A stretch of 62,793 nt of DNA, filler included, from an uncultured bacterium (lineage in GTDB: Bacteria > JAGOEH01), in assembly GCA_964632485.1 (NCBI GenBank). It is 2 parts of 2 records of this genome, joined end to end, with 100 filler letters (N's around TTAATTAATTAA, not from the genome) between each part and the next. Parts side by side here need not be neighbours in the genome. Positions count along the whole stretch, not along the records: positions 1 to 31,852 come from CAZWDO010000032.1; positions 31,953 to 62,793 come from CAZWDO010000033.1. The stretch is one strand, 5' to 3'. This document shows, piece by piece, positions 28,189 to 37,588 of the stretch (position 1 is its first letter; each line of letters starts with the position of its first letter). Under the pieces are notes generated by a model that searched no databases, was not told the origin of the DNA, and worked only from the letters and a program-made list of their open reading frames with translations. The position numbers and the translations under genes were made by a program.

Positions 28189-29232
28189 TTGAGCCTTGAC
28201 AACATTCCATCTTCTCAAACTGCGCTGAAACCCAAGCAAAGCAATTGGTTCCGAATTTTAATCAGTCTATTAATCAGCATTATTTTCCTCTATATCTCTT
28301 TTAAAGGAATCAATCTGGCCAGTTTTATTGATTCCATGAAAAAAGTATCATGGTGGCTTTTTGCATTATCTTTGGTTCCTACTTTTCTGGCCTATTGGTT
28401 TCGTTTATTTCGCTGGCGCATCATGCTAAAACCGATTGGACAGTTTAAAAAAACCAGTCTTGCAGGCCCATTGATGATCGGATTTATGGGAAATAACATC
28501 CTGCCAGCGCGCATTGGAGAATTCCTGAGAGCGTATGCCTTGAGCAAAAAGGCTAGCATATCCGGCGTTGGAGCTCTGGCTACCATTGTATTGGAACGCA
28601 TTTTCGACGGGATTATCCTGGTCGCCATGCTTATCTGGTCCATTCTTCACTACCCTTTCCCCAATTATATCAAAAATGGCACCTGGATTATGCTCGGTTC
28701 ATATATGCTTTTATTAATATTTTTATATTTTTTGCAACGCTACCCACATAAAACGGCAGAAAAAACCCTGAAACTATTTTTTTTCCTGCCCGAAACTTTT
28801 CGCATCAAAGTTCAACATATCATTGAGAAATTTATCCAGGGTTTCAGTATTCTCGAAGACTGGCGCGAAATAGTATTAATTTTAGTTTACTCCATTCTGG
28901 TCTGGTTTGCCAGCGCTTTAATCCATAATTCTCTATTATTTGCATGCGGAATGACGGATATTCCTTTTTTAGCATCGATTGTCATTCTCTCCATCACAGC
29001 CGTGGGGGTTATGATTCCCGCTGCGCCGGGTTATATCGGAACCGCGCAATATTTCACCATCCTGGCGTTGCAGCCCTTTGGCGTAGATAAAACCCAGGCG
29101 TTGGCCTATGCTATCGTGTCCTTTATTTCTCAATACGTACCGGTAACAATTATTGGCATTATCTATTTCTACCGGGAAAAAATGTCGTTTTTTTCAACAG
29201 ATTCAAAACAAACCCTCTCCAAAGCATCATGA
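28189..29232 (+). CDS. Lysylphosphatidylglycerol synthase TM-domain (UPF0104, flippase-like) protein
   Basis: RW..L, NNILPARIGEFLR, ERIFD and IPAAPGYIG motifs. Confidence 0.9.
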   Translation: MSLDNIPSSQTALKPKQSNWFRILISLLISIIFLYISFKGINLASFIDSMKKVSWWLFALSLVPTFLAYWFRLFRWRIMLKPIGQFKKTSLAGPLMIGFMGNNILPARIGEFLRAYALSKKASISGVGALATIVLERIFDGIILVAMLIWSILHYPFPNYIKNGTWIMLGSYMLLLIFLYFLQRYPHKTAEKTLKLFFFLPETFRIKVQHIIEKFIQGFSILEDWREIVLILVYSILVWFASALIHNSLLFACGMTDIPFLASIVILSITAVGVMIPAAPGYIGTAQYFTILALQPFGVDKTQALAYAIVSFISQYVPVTIIGIIYFYREKMSFFSTDSKQTLSKAS

Positions 29233-30476
29233 TTCTTACAATATTCACCGCTTTTAGCCTTTTTTTTCTCCTTTTTTTATTGAATTATTTAAAATATAAG
29301 CTGATTTACTATACCCAACGCAATAAGCGGCATTCTATTACTATTCTTAATTTCAACATTGAATTTTCTGATTTTATGATTGCATTGAATCTACTGATCT
29401 ATTTATTTTTGATTTTAAACAGCATCTATTTTTATTTTTATTGGTATCAATTTTTTACGGTCATTTATTATTTCCCGACCTATTCTATGATTTGGAGCAG
29501 TCTGGCGCTGGTATTGATTTTCTATGGCGGTATTCATATTTTTTCTCGGATTATTGCGCTCCGCTACTCGCACACCATCACCGGAATCGACCAGCTCTTT
29601 ATCCATTTGGCTTTTTGGCTGGCTTATCCGGCAGCATTGTTTATGCGTTGGTTGAGTCATATTGCCTGGCGTTTATGGGTTCAACCATTCGAGCGAAGTT
29701 CGGAAATGTTTCTGCAGAATGAAGAGACAGTTGAACCCGATTCTTTTTTACCTCGGGAAGATAAAAAAATGATCGATTCGATCGTGGAGCTGCGAGAGAC
29801 TCTTGTCAAAGAAATTATGGCGCCCCGTATCGATATTTTTGCCCTTGAAATCAGTACTCCTCTGGAGGAAATTATTGAAGACGCTAAAAAGAATGGCCAC
29901 TCCCGTATTCCTGTTTATAATGAATCAATCGATAAAATTGTTGGAATCCTATATTTAAAAGACTTGTTTCTTAAAAATTGTGAAAACCAGCCATTTCAGA
30001 TAGATTCCATTATCCGCGAACCTTTTTTTGTTCCGGAGACAAAAAAAGTGGATGAATTACTGCGTGAATTCAAGGCCAACAAAATCCACATGGCAATTGT
30101 TGTGGATGAATACGGCGGTACCGCCGGGCTTATCACTTTGGAGGATATTATTGAGGAAATCGTCGGCGAAATTCAAGATGAATACGATGATGATGAATTC
30201 ATTATTAAACAGTTAGATAAAAATGTTTATCTTGCAAATGCGTTGATGAATATCGAAGATTTAAATGAAACCCTGCAGTTGAACATTCCTTCAATTGAGT
30301 ACGATACCTTAGGCGGTTTTATCTTTGATCAATTGGGTTCAGTTCCGGAAAAAGGACAGCGGATCTATTTCCATAATCTATTGCTGATCATCGATGAGAT
30401 TGTTGGGCAACGTATTACTAAAGTTAAACTGATTTTGAATGCCAATCCATCGGAAAGTGAAACACCTAATAAATAA
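29229..30476 (+). CDS. Hemolysin/CorC-family CBS-domain membrane protein
   Basis: VKEIMAPR, HSRIPVY, VVDEYGGTAGLITLEDIIEEIVGEIQDEYD and a CorC_HlyC tail. Confidence 0.92.
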   Translation: MILTIFTAFSLFFLLFLLNYLKYKLIYYTQRNKRHSITILNFNIEFSDFMIALNLLIYLFLILNSIYFYFYWYQFFTVIYYFPTYSMIWSSLALVLIFYGGIHIFSRIIALRYSHTITGIDQLFIHLAFWLAYPAALFMRWLSHIAWRLWVQPFERSSEMFLQNEETVEPDSFLPREDKKMIDSIVELRETLVKEIMAPRIDIFALEISTPLEEIIEDAKKNGHSRIPVYNESIDKIVGILYLKDLFLKNCENQPFQIDSIIREPFFVPETKKVDELLREFKANKIHMAIVVDEYGGTAGLITLEDIIEEIVGEIQDEYDDDEFIIKQLDKNVYLANALMNIEDLNETLQLNIPSIEYDTLGGFIFDQLGSVPEKGQRIYFHNLLLIIDEIVGQRITKVKLILNANPSESETPNK

Positions 30477-30502
30477 AATTCCTTAACAAGTGAGGCCATT
30501 TA

Positions 30503-31735
30503 ATGAATAAAAGGCTTTTATTAATTATAATCCTAATCTGGTTCAATCTTGGTGGCGGAAATGATGCCTGCACATCCGCAATTATTTCTGGCAAAGCGAC
30601 TCCCGATGGTCGCCCCATACTTTGGAAACACCGGGATACTGAATCCCTATCCAACCAGATCGTATATTTTGATCAGGGGAAATATGATTTTCTCGGGGTC
30701 ATCAACAGTCAGGATATGGAACATCGCGAAGTCTGGATGGGGAGTAATGAAACCGGCTTTTCTATTATTAATACCGCTTCTTACAACTTAGATGAAGAAG
30801 ACCGCTATTACGATAAGATGGACCAGGAGGGTGTTTTCATGAAACAAGCCCTGGCTGAATGCTCTTCTTTGAAGGAATTTGAAATTTTTCTAAATAACAC
30901 CGCTGGAAAACGGGGGGTTGTGGCCAATTTCGGAGTCATTGATGCCTTGGGTGGAGCGGCCTATTATGAAACTGGTCCGTTTACTTACACGAAATATGAT
31001 GTCAACGATTCACTCGTGGCACCCGAGGGATATCTAATCCGCACTAACTATTCATTAAGCGGCAACTCTTCTGAAGGTTACGGATTTATTCGCTATCAAA
31101 CCATGGAAAACAGCTTCTTTTGGGCCAGGTTGGAGAAGAAACTCTCCTGCTCATTCATCCTCAATCATGCCACCCGATGTTTGAAGAATTCACTTCTGGA
31201 AAATGATCTTTTAAAAAATCCCTTACCTGAAGATACCCTTGCCCGTCAATGGATACCGTTTTATGACTATATAGTCAGATCCTCATCGGCATCCAGCATG
31301 ATCATTCAAGGAGTAAAGGGTGGCCAGGATCCCCGTTTAACAACACTTTGGACCATTATTGGATTTCAACTGACAACTGTGGCCTTCCCTTTGTGGGTAG
31401 CTGCCGGACCCGCGCAACCTCAGTTATTGACGGCTGATAATCACCATCAATCGATATTGAACCAGGCTAGTCTAAAATTAAAACAAAAAATGTTTCCCTT
31501 AGTGAAAGGTTCTGGTCCAAATTATATTGATCGCAGCTATATTGCCAATCAACAAAATTCGGGCATTTATCAGAAAATTTCCCGTTTAGAACCCATAATT
31601 ACTGAAAAGACGTATCAAATTCAGCAGTTGATAGAGATTAAAGGATTCGATGCCAAATTAATCCAGGAGCATTACCGGTGGTGCGACGATATAATTCGCG
31701 TCTTTTACCGCGATTCACTGGGAATCAAAATGTAA
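30503..31735 (+). CDS. Secreted Ntn-hydrolase (C45/acyltransferase-like)
   Basis: Signal peptide followed by the nucleophile CTSAIISG, then DGRPILWKHRD, GSNETGF and RTNYS. Confidence 0.8.
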   Translation: MNKRLLLIIILIWFNLGGGNDACTSAIISGKATPDGRPILWKHRDTESLSNQIVYFDQGKYDFLGVINSQDMEHREVWMGSNETGFSIINTASYNLDEEDRYYDKMDQEGVFMKQALAECSSLKEFEIFLNNTAGKRGVVANFGVIDALGGAAYYETGPFTYTKYDVNDSLVAPEGYLIRTNYSLSGNSSEGYGFIRYQTMENSFFWARLEKKLSCSFILNHATRCLKNSLLENDLLKNPLPEDTLARQWIPFYDYIVRSSSASSMIIQGVKGGQDPRLTTLWTIIGFQLTTVAFPLWVAAGPAQPQLLTADNHHQSILNQASLKLKQKMFPLVKGSGPNYIDRSYIANQQNSGIYQKISRLEPIITEKTYQIQQLIEIKGFDAKLIQEHYRWCDDIIRVFYRDSLGIKM

Positions 31736-31852
31736 TTTTCAGTATATTTTTATCTGAAACCGAACAGTTTGAATTTAAAATTTATTGCCTCTAATTCCAG
31801 AGAACCGGAAGTCATAGAATTACAAATATTAGATAAGCTGTTATAAAAAATG

Positions 31853-31952
31853 NNNNNNNNNNNNNNNNNNNNNNNNNNNNNNNNNNNNNNNNNNNNTTAA
31901 TTAATTAANNNNNNNNNNNNNNNNNNNNNNNNNNNNNNNNNNNNNNNNNNNN
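31853..31952. other. Artificial contig-concatenation linker (44 N + TTAATTAATTAA + 44 N)
   Basis: A six-frame stop linker flanked by N runs. Confidence 0.95.
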
Positions 31953-32096
31953 ACAATTTGTCGACAGTTGAAAATGAAAGCTTCCGATGGAAAAATGCGA
32001 GAGACCGGTAAAAGTGTCGTAACCGGTGAAAATTTTCTGCCACCGAAAACAATAAAGAAACAAGTACCCAAAAAAGACAAGGATATGGAAAAATGA
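31953..32096 (+). pseudogene. Bro-N-family protein remnant with internal deletion
   Basis: Reads TICRQLKMKASDGKMRE-TGKSVVTGENFLPP..*. These resemble the N-region and C-terminal motifs of the family, here adjacent. TGA overlaps the next ATG. Confidence 0.55.
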
Positions 32097-32734
32097 AAAA
32101 GAATAAAGAACATTCCATTGTCCGATCTTCCGCTGCCGAATACCTGACCTTTATTGCCGGGAGCGGCAACAGCGATGTCAATGCAATCTACGCTGATGAA
32201 AATATCTGGCTGTCTCAAAAGATGATAGCCCTGTTGTATGATGTTAATGTACGCACGGTTAATGAGCACTTAAAGAATATATTTGCCGACAGTGAGTTGG
32301 AAGAAGCTTCAGTTATCCGGAATTTCCGGATAACTGCTTCCGATGGTAAAAACTACGAAACCATGCACTACAATTTGAGCGCCATTATAGCCGTTGGCTA
32401 CAAGGTGAACTCTGAACGGGCGGTACAGTTCCGCAAGTGGGCAACAAGCATTATAGAGTCCTTCACCATCAAGGGCTTTGCCATGGATGACGAGCGGCTT
32501 AAAAGCGATGGTTCGGTGTTGACCAAGCAATACTTTGAAGAACAGTTACAGCGTATTCGGGAGATACGGCTATCCGAGCGAAAATTTTACCAGAAAATCA
32601 CCGACATATATGCAACAGCTATTGATTACGACGTAACCGCAGAATCAACTAAGCGTTTTTTTGCCACCGTGCAGAACAAACTCCATTGGGCTATTCATGG
32701 ACATGATATGCCCCCGTTTATTGGAATAATATAA
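32093..32734 (+). pseudogene. RhuM-family protein, 3'-truncated
   Basis: ENIWLSQK, YNLSAIIAVGYKVNS and IREIRLSERKFYQKITDIY motifs. Similarity stops at LHWAIHGH (~32702). Confidence 0.8.
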
Positions 32735-32756
32735 GTGTGAACTGCGTACTTGTCAA
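32728..32756 (-). promoter_or_regulatory. Orphan sigma70 promoter facing into rhuM
   Basis: TTGACA-N17-TATATT on the minus strand, followed by GGGGG-CATATC-ATG at the rhuM breakpoint. Confidence 0.55.
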
Positions 32757-32758
32757 GC

Positions 32759-32811
32759 CAAATTTCCCTAAGGTGGAGAAGCCGTAGGCTTCGGAAGCTT
32801 AGGGAAATTTG
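32759..32811. repeat. Nested inverted repeat (REP-like)
   Basis: CAAATTTCCCTAAG / CTTAGGGAAATTTG 14-bp arms with an inner GAAGCC-GTA-GGCTTC. Confidence 0.8.
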
Positions 32812-32922
32812 TCGCGCCCAAACGAGGACTGGATAAAATCGCCAGTCCGTTGGATATTTTGAATGGTACGGCTATTGGGAGGGGCGGCTTGGCGGCTGTC
32901 GCTGCGCGACATCGTACAACAC

Positions 32923-32960
32923 GCGGGAAAGCGCGTAGCGGGAAAGCGCGTAGCGGGAAA
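32923..32960. repeat. Tandem 15-bp repeat GCGGGAAAGCGCGTA x2.5
   Basis: Directly visible in the sequence. Confidence 0.9.
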
Positions 32961-33040
32961 TTTCCTACGGAAACTTCGCCAACCCCTCCCTCCCATTAGA
33001 CGACATTCGATTTTAAACAAAAAAATAGAAGGAGCATGAC

Positions 33041-33673
33041 ATGAAGAATTCAAAGTTGAACAATTGCTATCTATATGTATTGAATACAATGGCTGATTGG
33101 GAGATAGCTTATATTACAGCTGAACTAAACAGCGGAAGATTCCTTAAAAATGGAAAAGTTACTATACAGAAGGTAGCTAAAAGCCTAAATCCTGTAACTT
33201 CAATGGGTGGAATGAGCATTAATGTTGATTTGAAACTATCTGAAGTTAAATTTTCTGAAGGTGATTTGCTGATTCTTCCTGGTGCGGATACATGGATGGA
33301 GGAAGAGCATAATAGTGTAATTGAAATAGTTGAAAACTTGATTGACCGTGGCGTTATTGTAGCAGCAATATGCGGCGCAACAATTGCATTAGCAAATGCG
33401 GGGATTTTAAATAGTCGAAAGCATACGAGTAATGGCAAAGGATTCTTAGAAATGATATGTCCTGAATATAAAGGGAGCGATAATTATATCGACTGTCCGG
33501 CAGTGTGCGACAGCAATTTGATAACTGCTTCTGGGTTGGCACCACTGGAGTTTACATATGAAATTATGAAGAGAGTCGAAGTAATGAAGGAAGATACAGT
33601 CACTGCTTGGTACAGGTTGTATAGTACGAAAGAGTCAAGGTACTTCTATGAACTAATGGAGTCCATGAAGTAA
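33041..33673 (+). CDS. DJ-1/PfpI (type 1 glutamine amidotransferase-like) protein, cassette-borne
   Basis: MADWE, LILPGAD, AAICGA (nucleophile Cys) and NLITASG motifs. RBS AAGGAG. Confidence 0.92.
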   Translation: MKNSKLNNCYLYVLNTMADWEIAYITAELNSGRFLKNGKVTIQKVAKSLNPVTSMGGMSINVDLKLSEVKFSEGDLLILPGADTWMEEEHNSVIEIVENLIDRGVIVAAICGATIALANAGILNSRKHTSNGKGFLEMICPEYKGSDNYIDCPAVCDSNLITASGLAPLEFTYEIMKRVEVMKEDTVTAWYRLYSTKESRYFYELMESMK

Positions 33674-33684
33674 AATCGAATGTC

Positions 33685-33801
33685 GTCTAACACAGCACTC
33701 CCAACATGAACTGTTGTCACGCCCCTTGCGGAAAGACAGCAAGGGATCGCGCCAATCGCTGACGCGAAACGCTCATGTCGTGAGTGCTCGGAACGGTAGC
33801 A
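33685..33801 (+). mobile_element. attC-like recombination site
   Basis: R'' GTCTAAC and arms AGCACTCCCAACATGA / TCATGTCGTGAGTGCT. Central hairpin CCCTTGC..GCAAGGG and degenerate R' GGTAGCA. About 117 bp. Confidence 0.7.
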
Positions 33802-33842
33802 ATAATTTTAAAATGATAAACGATAAAAAAAATGAAACTTAC

Positions 33843-34785
33843 TAGTGCTTAGCCATAAAAAAAGATTAACTATTGACAACTGAATAAAAATTGAGTAAAT
33901 TACCTGTAACCATCCGAGAAAGCAATGAGATTATGGGTAACCATATCACCAGTATCGACCTTAATGACGAGATGAAAAAGAAATTGCAAGAGGTTGTGAA
34001 CAAGCGGAGCAGTCCCCAGCAAATGGTTATCCGTGCCCAGATTATATTAATGACTCATGAGCAGCAATCCGTATCCGAGATCAGAACCGAATTGAAAGTC
34101 AGTAAAAATGTTATTGCCAAATGGAGAAAGCGCTTCAGCCAACACGGAATGGAGGGGCTGAACGATGAAGCCAGATCGGGGAGGCCTGAAATTTATAATG
34201 CCGAGATTCGGCATAAGATAGCGGCGAAGGCCTGTGTTCTCCCTGAAGGAAAAACACATTGGTCGATACGGGAATTGGCGGCGGCCATGAACGTCGATCG
34301 TGCCATTGTGGAGCGGGTATTGAAGGCGGAATCAATCAAGCCGCATTTGATCCAGTATTACACAGTACCGATCCTGACTTTGAAGAGAAGATGCTGACGA
34401 TTGTCGGTCTATATTTGAATCCGCCGGAGAATGCTATTGTTTTGTCTGTCGATGAAAAGACGGGCATTCAGGCGCTGGATCGAACTCAGCCGGTATTGCC
34501 GCTGAAACCGCATGGGAAGATCAAAAACATTCCATTTGAATACAAACAGCTGGGAACAACTTCGCTTATCGCGGCGCTGGAGGTTCACAAAGGAAACGTT
34601 ACCGGAGTTTGTGAAGATCGCCATACCCACGTGGAATTCTTAAGCTTTTTGCAGAACCTCGTCAGGAAATTCCGTCGAAAAAATCGAGAGATCCATATTA
34701 TCATGGATAATTACAGTGCGCATAAGCATTATAAAATCAAAGAATGGGTAGCCGAAAATCCGGATGTTTATGTTCATTTCACAAC
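33843..34785 (+). mobile_element. IS630-family element, frameshifted and 3'-truncated
   Basis: HTH region RAQIIL..KWRKRF..GLNDEARSGRP..HWSIRELA. Second frame gives TDPDFEEK..GLYLNPPENAIVLSVDEKTGIQA..IMDNYSAHK. It ends at HFT, before the third catalytic residue. Left end is estimated at TA/CTAG 33842-33845. Confidence 0.85.
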
Positions 34786-34967
34786 TGCACAAAATCAAGA
34801 CAATTCTTTTAAAAATGATATTCAGCTCAAGAGGAATAAGATTATCATGTCATATTGGGAACTGATTTAAAAACAATTAATACAGAATGGAACAACTATA
34901 TTGAGATATATGGACAATAGACAATCATTAGAATGTATTTTTTTTTAAATGAAACGAGTTGAGTAAA

Positions 34968-35369
34968 ATGAATGAAATTCAAAAAATCCGTTATGACTAT
35001 GAATTACCTTCCTGCATTGAAAGTTGGGGATGGAAATATCATCATTTAGGAATTCCAACGGATAAGATAATGCCAAATGAAAAATATTTACCACAATTTA
35101 AGTTCTTTGTTTCAGGATTTAATACGAGTCCTTTCGGAATTGAATGGATGAGATTTGAGAAAGGTAGTCCAATTGATAAATTAATCCAAACAGTTCCTCA
35201 TATTGCGTTTGAGGTTGAAGATTTAGATTTCGAACTAAAAAGTCGTGACTTTAAAATAATTACAGAACCCAATCCACCTTCAGAAGGAGTGAGGGCTGCA
35301 ATGATTGAGCACAATGGAGCGCCAATTGAATTGATTGAATTTGAGAAAAATAGTAAATATTGCCAGTGA
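34968..35369 (+). CDS. VOC/glyoxalase-superfamily protein
   Basis: YHHLGIP, PHIAFEVEDLD and GAPIELIE motifs. Confidence 0.8.
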   Translation: MNEIQKIRYDYELPSCIESWGWKYHHLGIPTDKIMPNEKYLPQFKFFVSGFNTSPFGIEWMRFEKGSPIDKLIQTVPHIAFEVEDLDFELKSRDFKIITEPNPPSEGVRAAMIEHNGAPIELIEFEKNSKYCQ

Positions 35370-35687
35370 CTAAAACGCAACATACGTAAACCGGGCAATG
35401 TGGATAATATAAAGTTTACCACATTTACTCTCAGTTTTAACTCTTTGGTAAGTAAGTGGCATATCATGGAAACTGAAAATGAAGAGACAGAAAATTAAGT
35501 GTGTGGCTATAATATCATAAATAAAGCATTTACCGAATATTGCTAATTTTAAGTGCGTTACATTTAATAAATTTTGTAGCGGTTTGACAGTTTTACGCTC
35601 CGAAATGTTAGGCAGAAAACACAAAAAAGACTCGCCACCCAAGGCTAGAGAAAGCATAGTCTTTTTAAAAACCATGAGAGGTTTTAT

Positions 35688-37520
35688 ATGTTAAAAAAAG
35701 AGATTTCATTCTTAGGTGTTTTTAGTATTGCTTCTGGAGCTATGATTAGCTCAGGGATATTTATTTTGCCAGGACTTGCTTTTTCAAAAACCGGACCAGC
35801 GGTTTTTTTATCCTATTTTATAGCTGGTATATTGGGACTGATTGGAATATTCAGTGTCATTGAATTATCAACTGCTATGCCAAAAGCAGGCGGTGACTAC
35901 TATTTTATCAATAAAACATTTGGGCCGTTGGTCGGTACAATTTCTGGTTTTTTGGGATGGTTTGCTCTATCATTAAAAAGTTCCTTTGCAATATTTGGTA
36001 TATCTGAGATCATTATTTTATATACCGGCATTAGTCCCTTAATATCAGGTTTTATATTATGTCTATTTTTTGTTATTCTTAATTTAATTGGTGTCAAAGA
36101 AGCGGTCGTATTTCAAATTGCAATGGTTATTGGATTGCTATCCTTAATGCTTGTATATATTGTTATTGGACTTCCTAAAATTCAATTATCAAATTTTACA
36201 CCTTTCGTAACAGGAGAATTTAATAATATTATTATTACCTCAGGATTTGTTTTTATTTCATTTGGAGGGTTACTCAATGTAGCTAACATTTCTGAGGAAG
36301 TCAAAAATCCAAAAAAAAATATTCCACTTGGTATGATTTCATCAATTGTTGCAGTAACGATATTCTATACATTAATAACATTCGTCATAACTGGAACATT
36401 AGACCCTTTATCTTTTAAAAATTCATTAACTCCGGTAGCGGATTCCGCAAGAACATTTATGGGAACATGGGGTTATATTATCATTATCGCTGCCTCTATT
36501 TTGGCATTTTTTACTACAGCAAATGCAGGGATTATGTCAGCATCGAGATATCCAATGGCTTTAAGCAGAGACAAATTGATACCACAGCAAATTGCTTTGA
36601 TCAATAAAAAATTTAAAACTCCAATAATTTCTATCATACTTACAGGAATCATCATTTATTTATCATTATTGCTGTCCCTTGAGATGCTTGTAAAAGCAGC
36701 ATCAACTGTTATTTTAACATCCTATGTTTTAACGAATTTATCAGTTATTATTTTAAGAGAAAGCAAAATAATTAATTATAAACCCAGCTTTAAAGCAGCT
36801 TTTTACCCCTGGTTACAAATTGTGTGTATTATTCTTTTTACATTTTTTATTATTGATCTTGGTGTTGCCGCAATCGAATTAAGTTTAGCTTTGTTGTTCA
36901 TTAGTTTCTGTGTATATATATTTTATGGTAGAAAAATAAAAAATAGTGAATATGCGCTGTTACATTTGTTAAAAAGAATTACGGACAAAAGATTAACAGA
37001 AAATATTATTGAAGATGAATTAAGAGAAATACTTGTACACAGAGATGATATAGAACAAGACAATTTTGATCATTTAATTAAAGATGCAAAAATAATTGAT
37101 GTTAATGAATTTATGGATTTTGAAAACCTTTTAAAAATAGTTGCAAAACCCTTATCAGAAGAAATTGAAATGCCAGAAGAAGAGATAATTTCACTGTTTA
37201 TAAAAAGACAGGAAGAATCTAATACAGCTTTATCAAATTTTTTAGCGATTCCACATATAATAATTGAAGGTGAAAATAAGATGTTTCTAACGATAGTAAG
37301 AAGTAAAAATGGAATTAAATTCACAGAACTCGAAAATAAAGTTAATGCAGTATTTATTTTGGGTGGTACTAAAGATAAAAGACTATTACATTTAAAAACA
37401 CTTGCTTCTATTGCTACATTAGTAAACCAAAAGGATTTTGAAAAAAACTGGTTGAGTGTTGATAGTATTGTTCAAATAAAAAATTTAATGATTTTAAGTA
37501 ATAGGAAAAGGTTTCATTAA
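35688..37520 (+). CDS. APC-family amino-acid permease fused to a C-terminal PTS EIIA-like domain
   Basis: GAMISSGIFILPG, AMPKAGGDY and SEEVKNP motifs. The C-terminal ESNTALSNFLAIPH..HLKTLASIA is EIIA-like. Confidence 0.88.
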   Translation: MLKKEISFLGVFSIASGAMISSGIFILPGLAFSKTGPAVFLSYFIAGILGLIGIFSVIELSTAMPKAGGDYYFINKTFGPLVGTISGFLGWFALSLKSSFAIFGISEIIILYTGISPLISGFILCLFFVILNLIGVKEAVVFQIAMVIGLLSLMLVYIVIGLPKIQLSNFTPFVTGEFNNIIITSGFVFISFGGLLNVANISEEVKNPKKNIPLGMISSIVAVTIFYTLITFVITGTLDPLSFKNSLTPVADSARTFMGTWGYIIIIAASILAFFTTANAGIMSASRYPMALSRDKLIPQQIALINKKFKTPIISIILTGIIIYLSLLLSLEMLVKAASTVILTSYVLTNLSVIILRESKIINYKPSFKAAFYPWLQIVCIILFTFFIIDLGVAAIELSLALLFISFCVYIFYGRKIKNSEYALLHLLKRITDKRLTENIIEDELREILVHRDDIEQDNFDHLIKDAKIIDVNEFMDFENLLKIVAKPLSEEIEMPEEEIISLFIKRQEESNTALSNFLAIPHIIIEGENKMFLTIVRSKNGIKFTELENKVNAVFILGGTKDKRLLHLKTLASIATLVNQKDFEKNWLSVDSIVQIKNLMILSNRKRFH

Positions 37521-37588
37521 TATAAGACGATGACATCCGTGAAATTTTCTTTGCTTAAATATACTGAATGCTTCCTTGAAAGGATACT

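Noticed and set aside
31897-31908. TTAATTAATTAA palindrome as a biological site
   Set aside because: It is centred between two equal N runs, so it is an artificial linker. Synteny across it is meaningless.
34340-34400. Programmed ribosomal frameshift in IS630
   Set aside because: No slippery A-run lies at the junction. It looks like a small deletion, and the element is also truncated.
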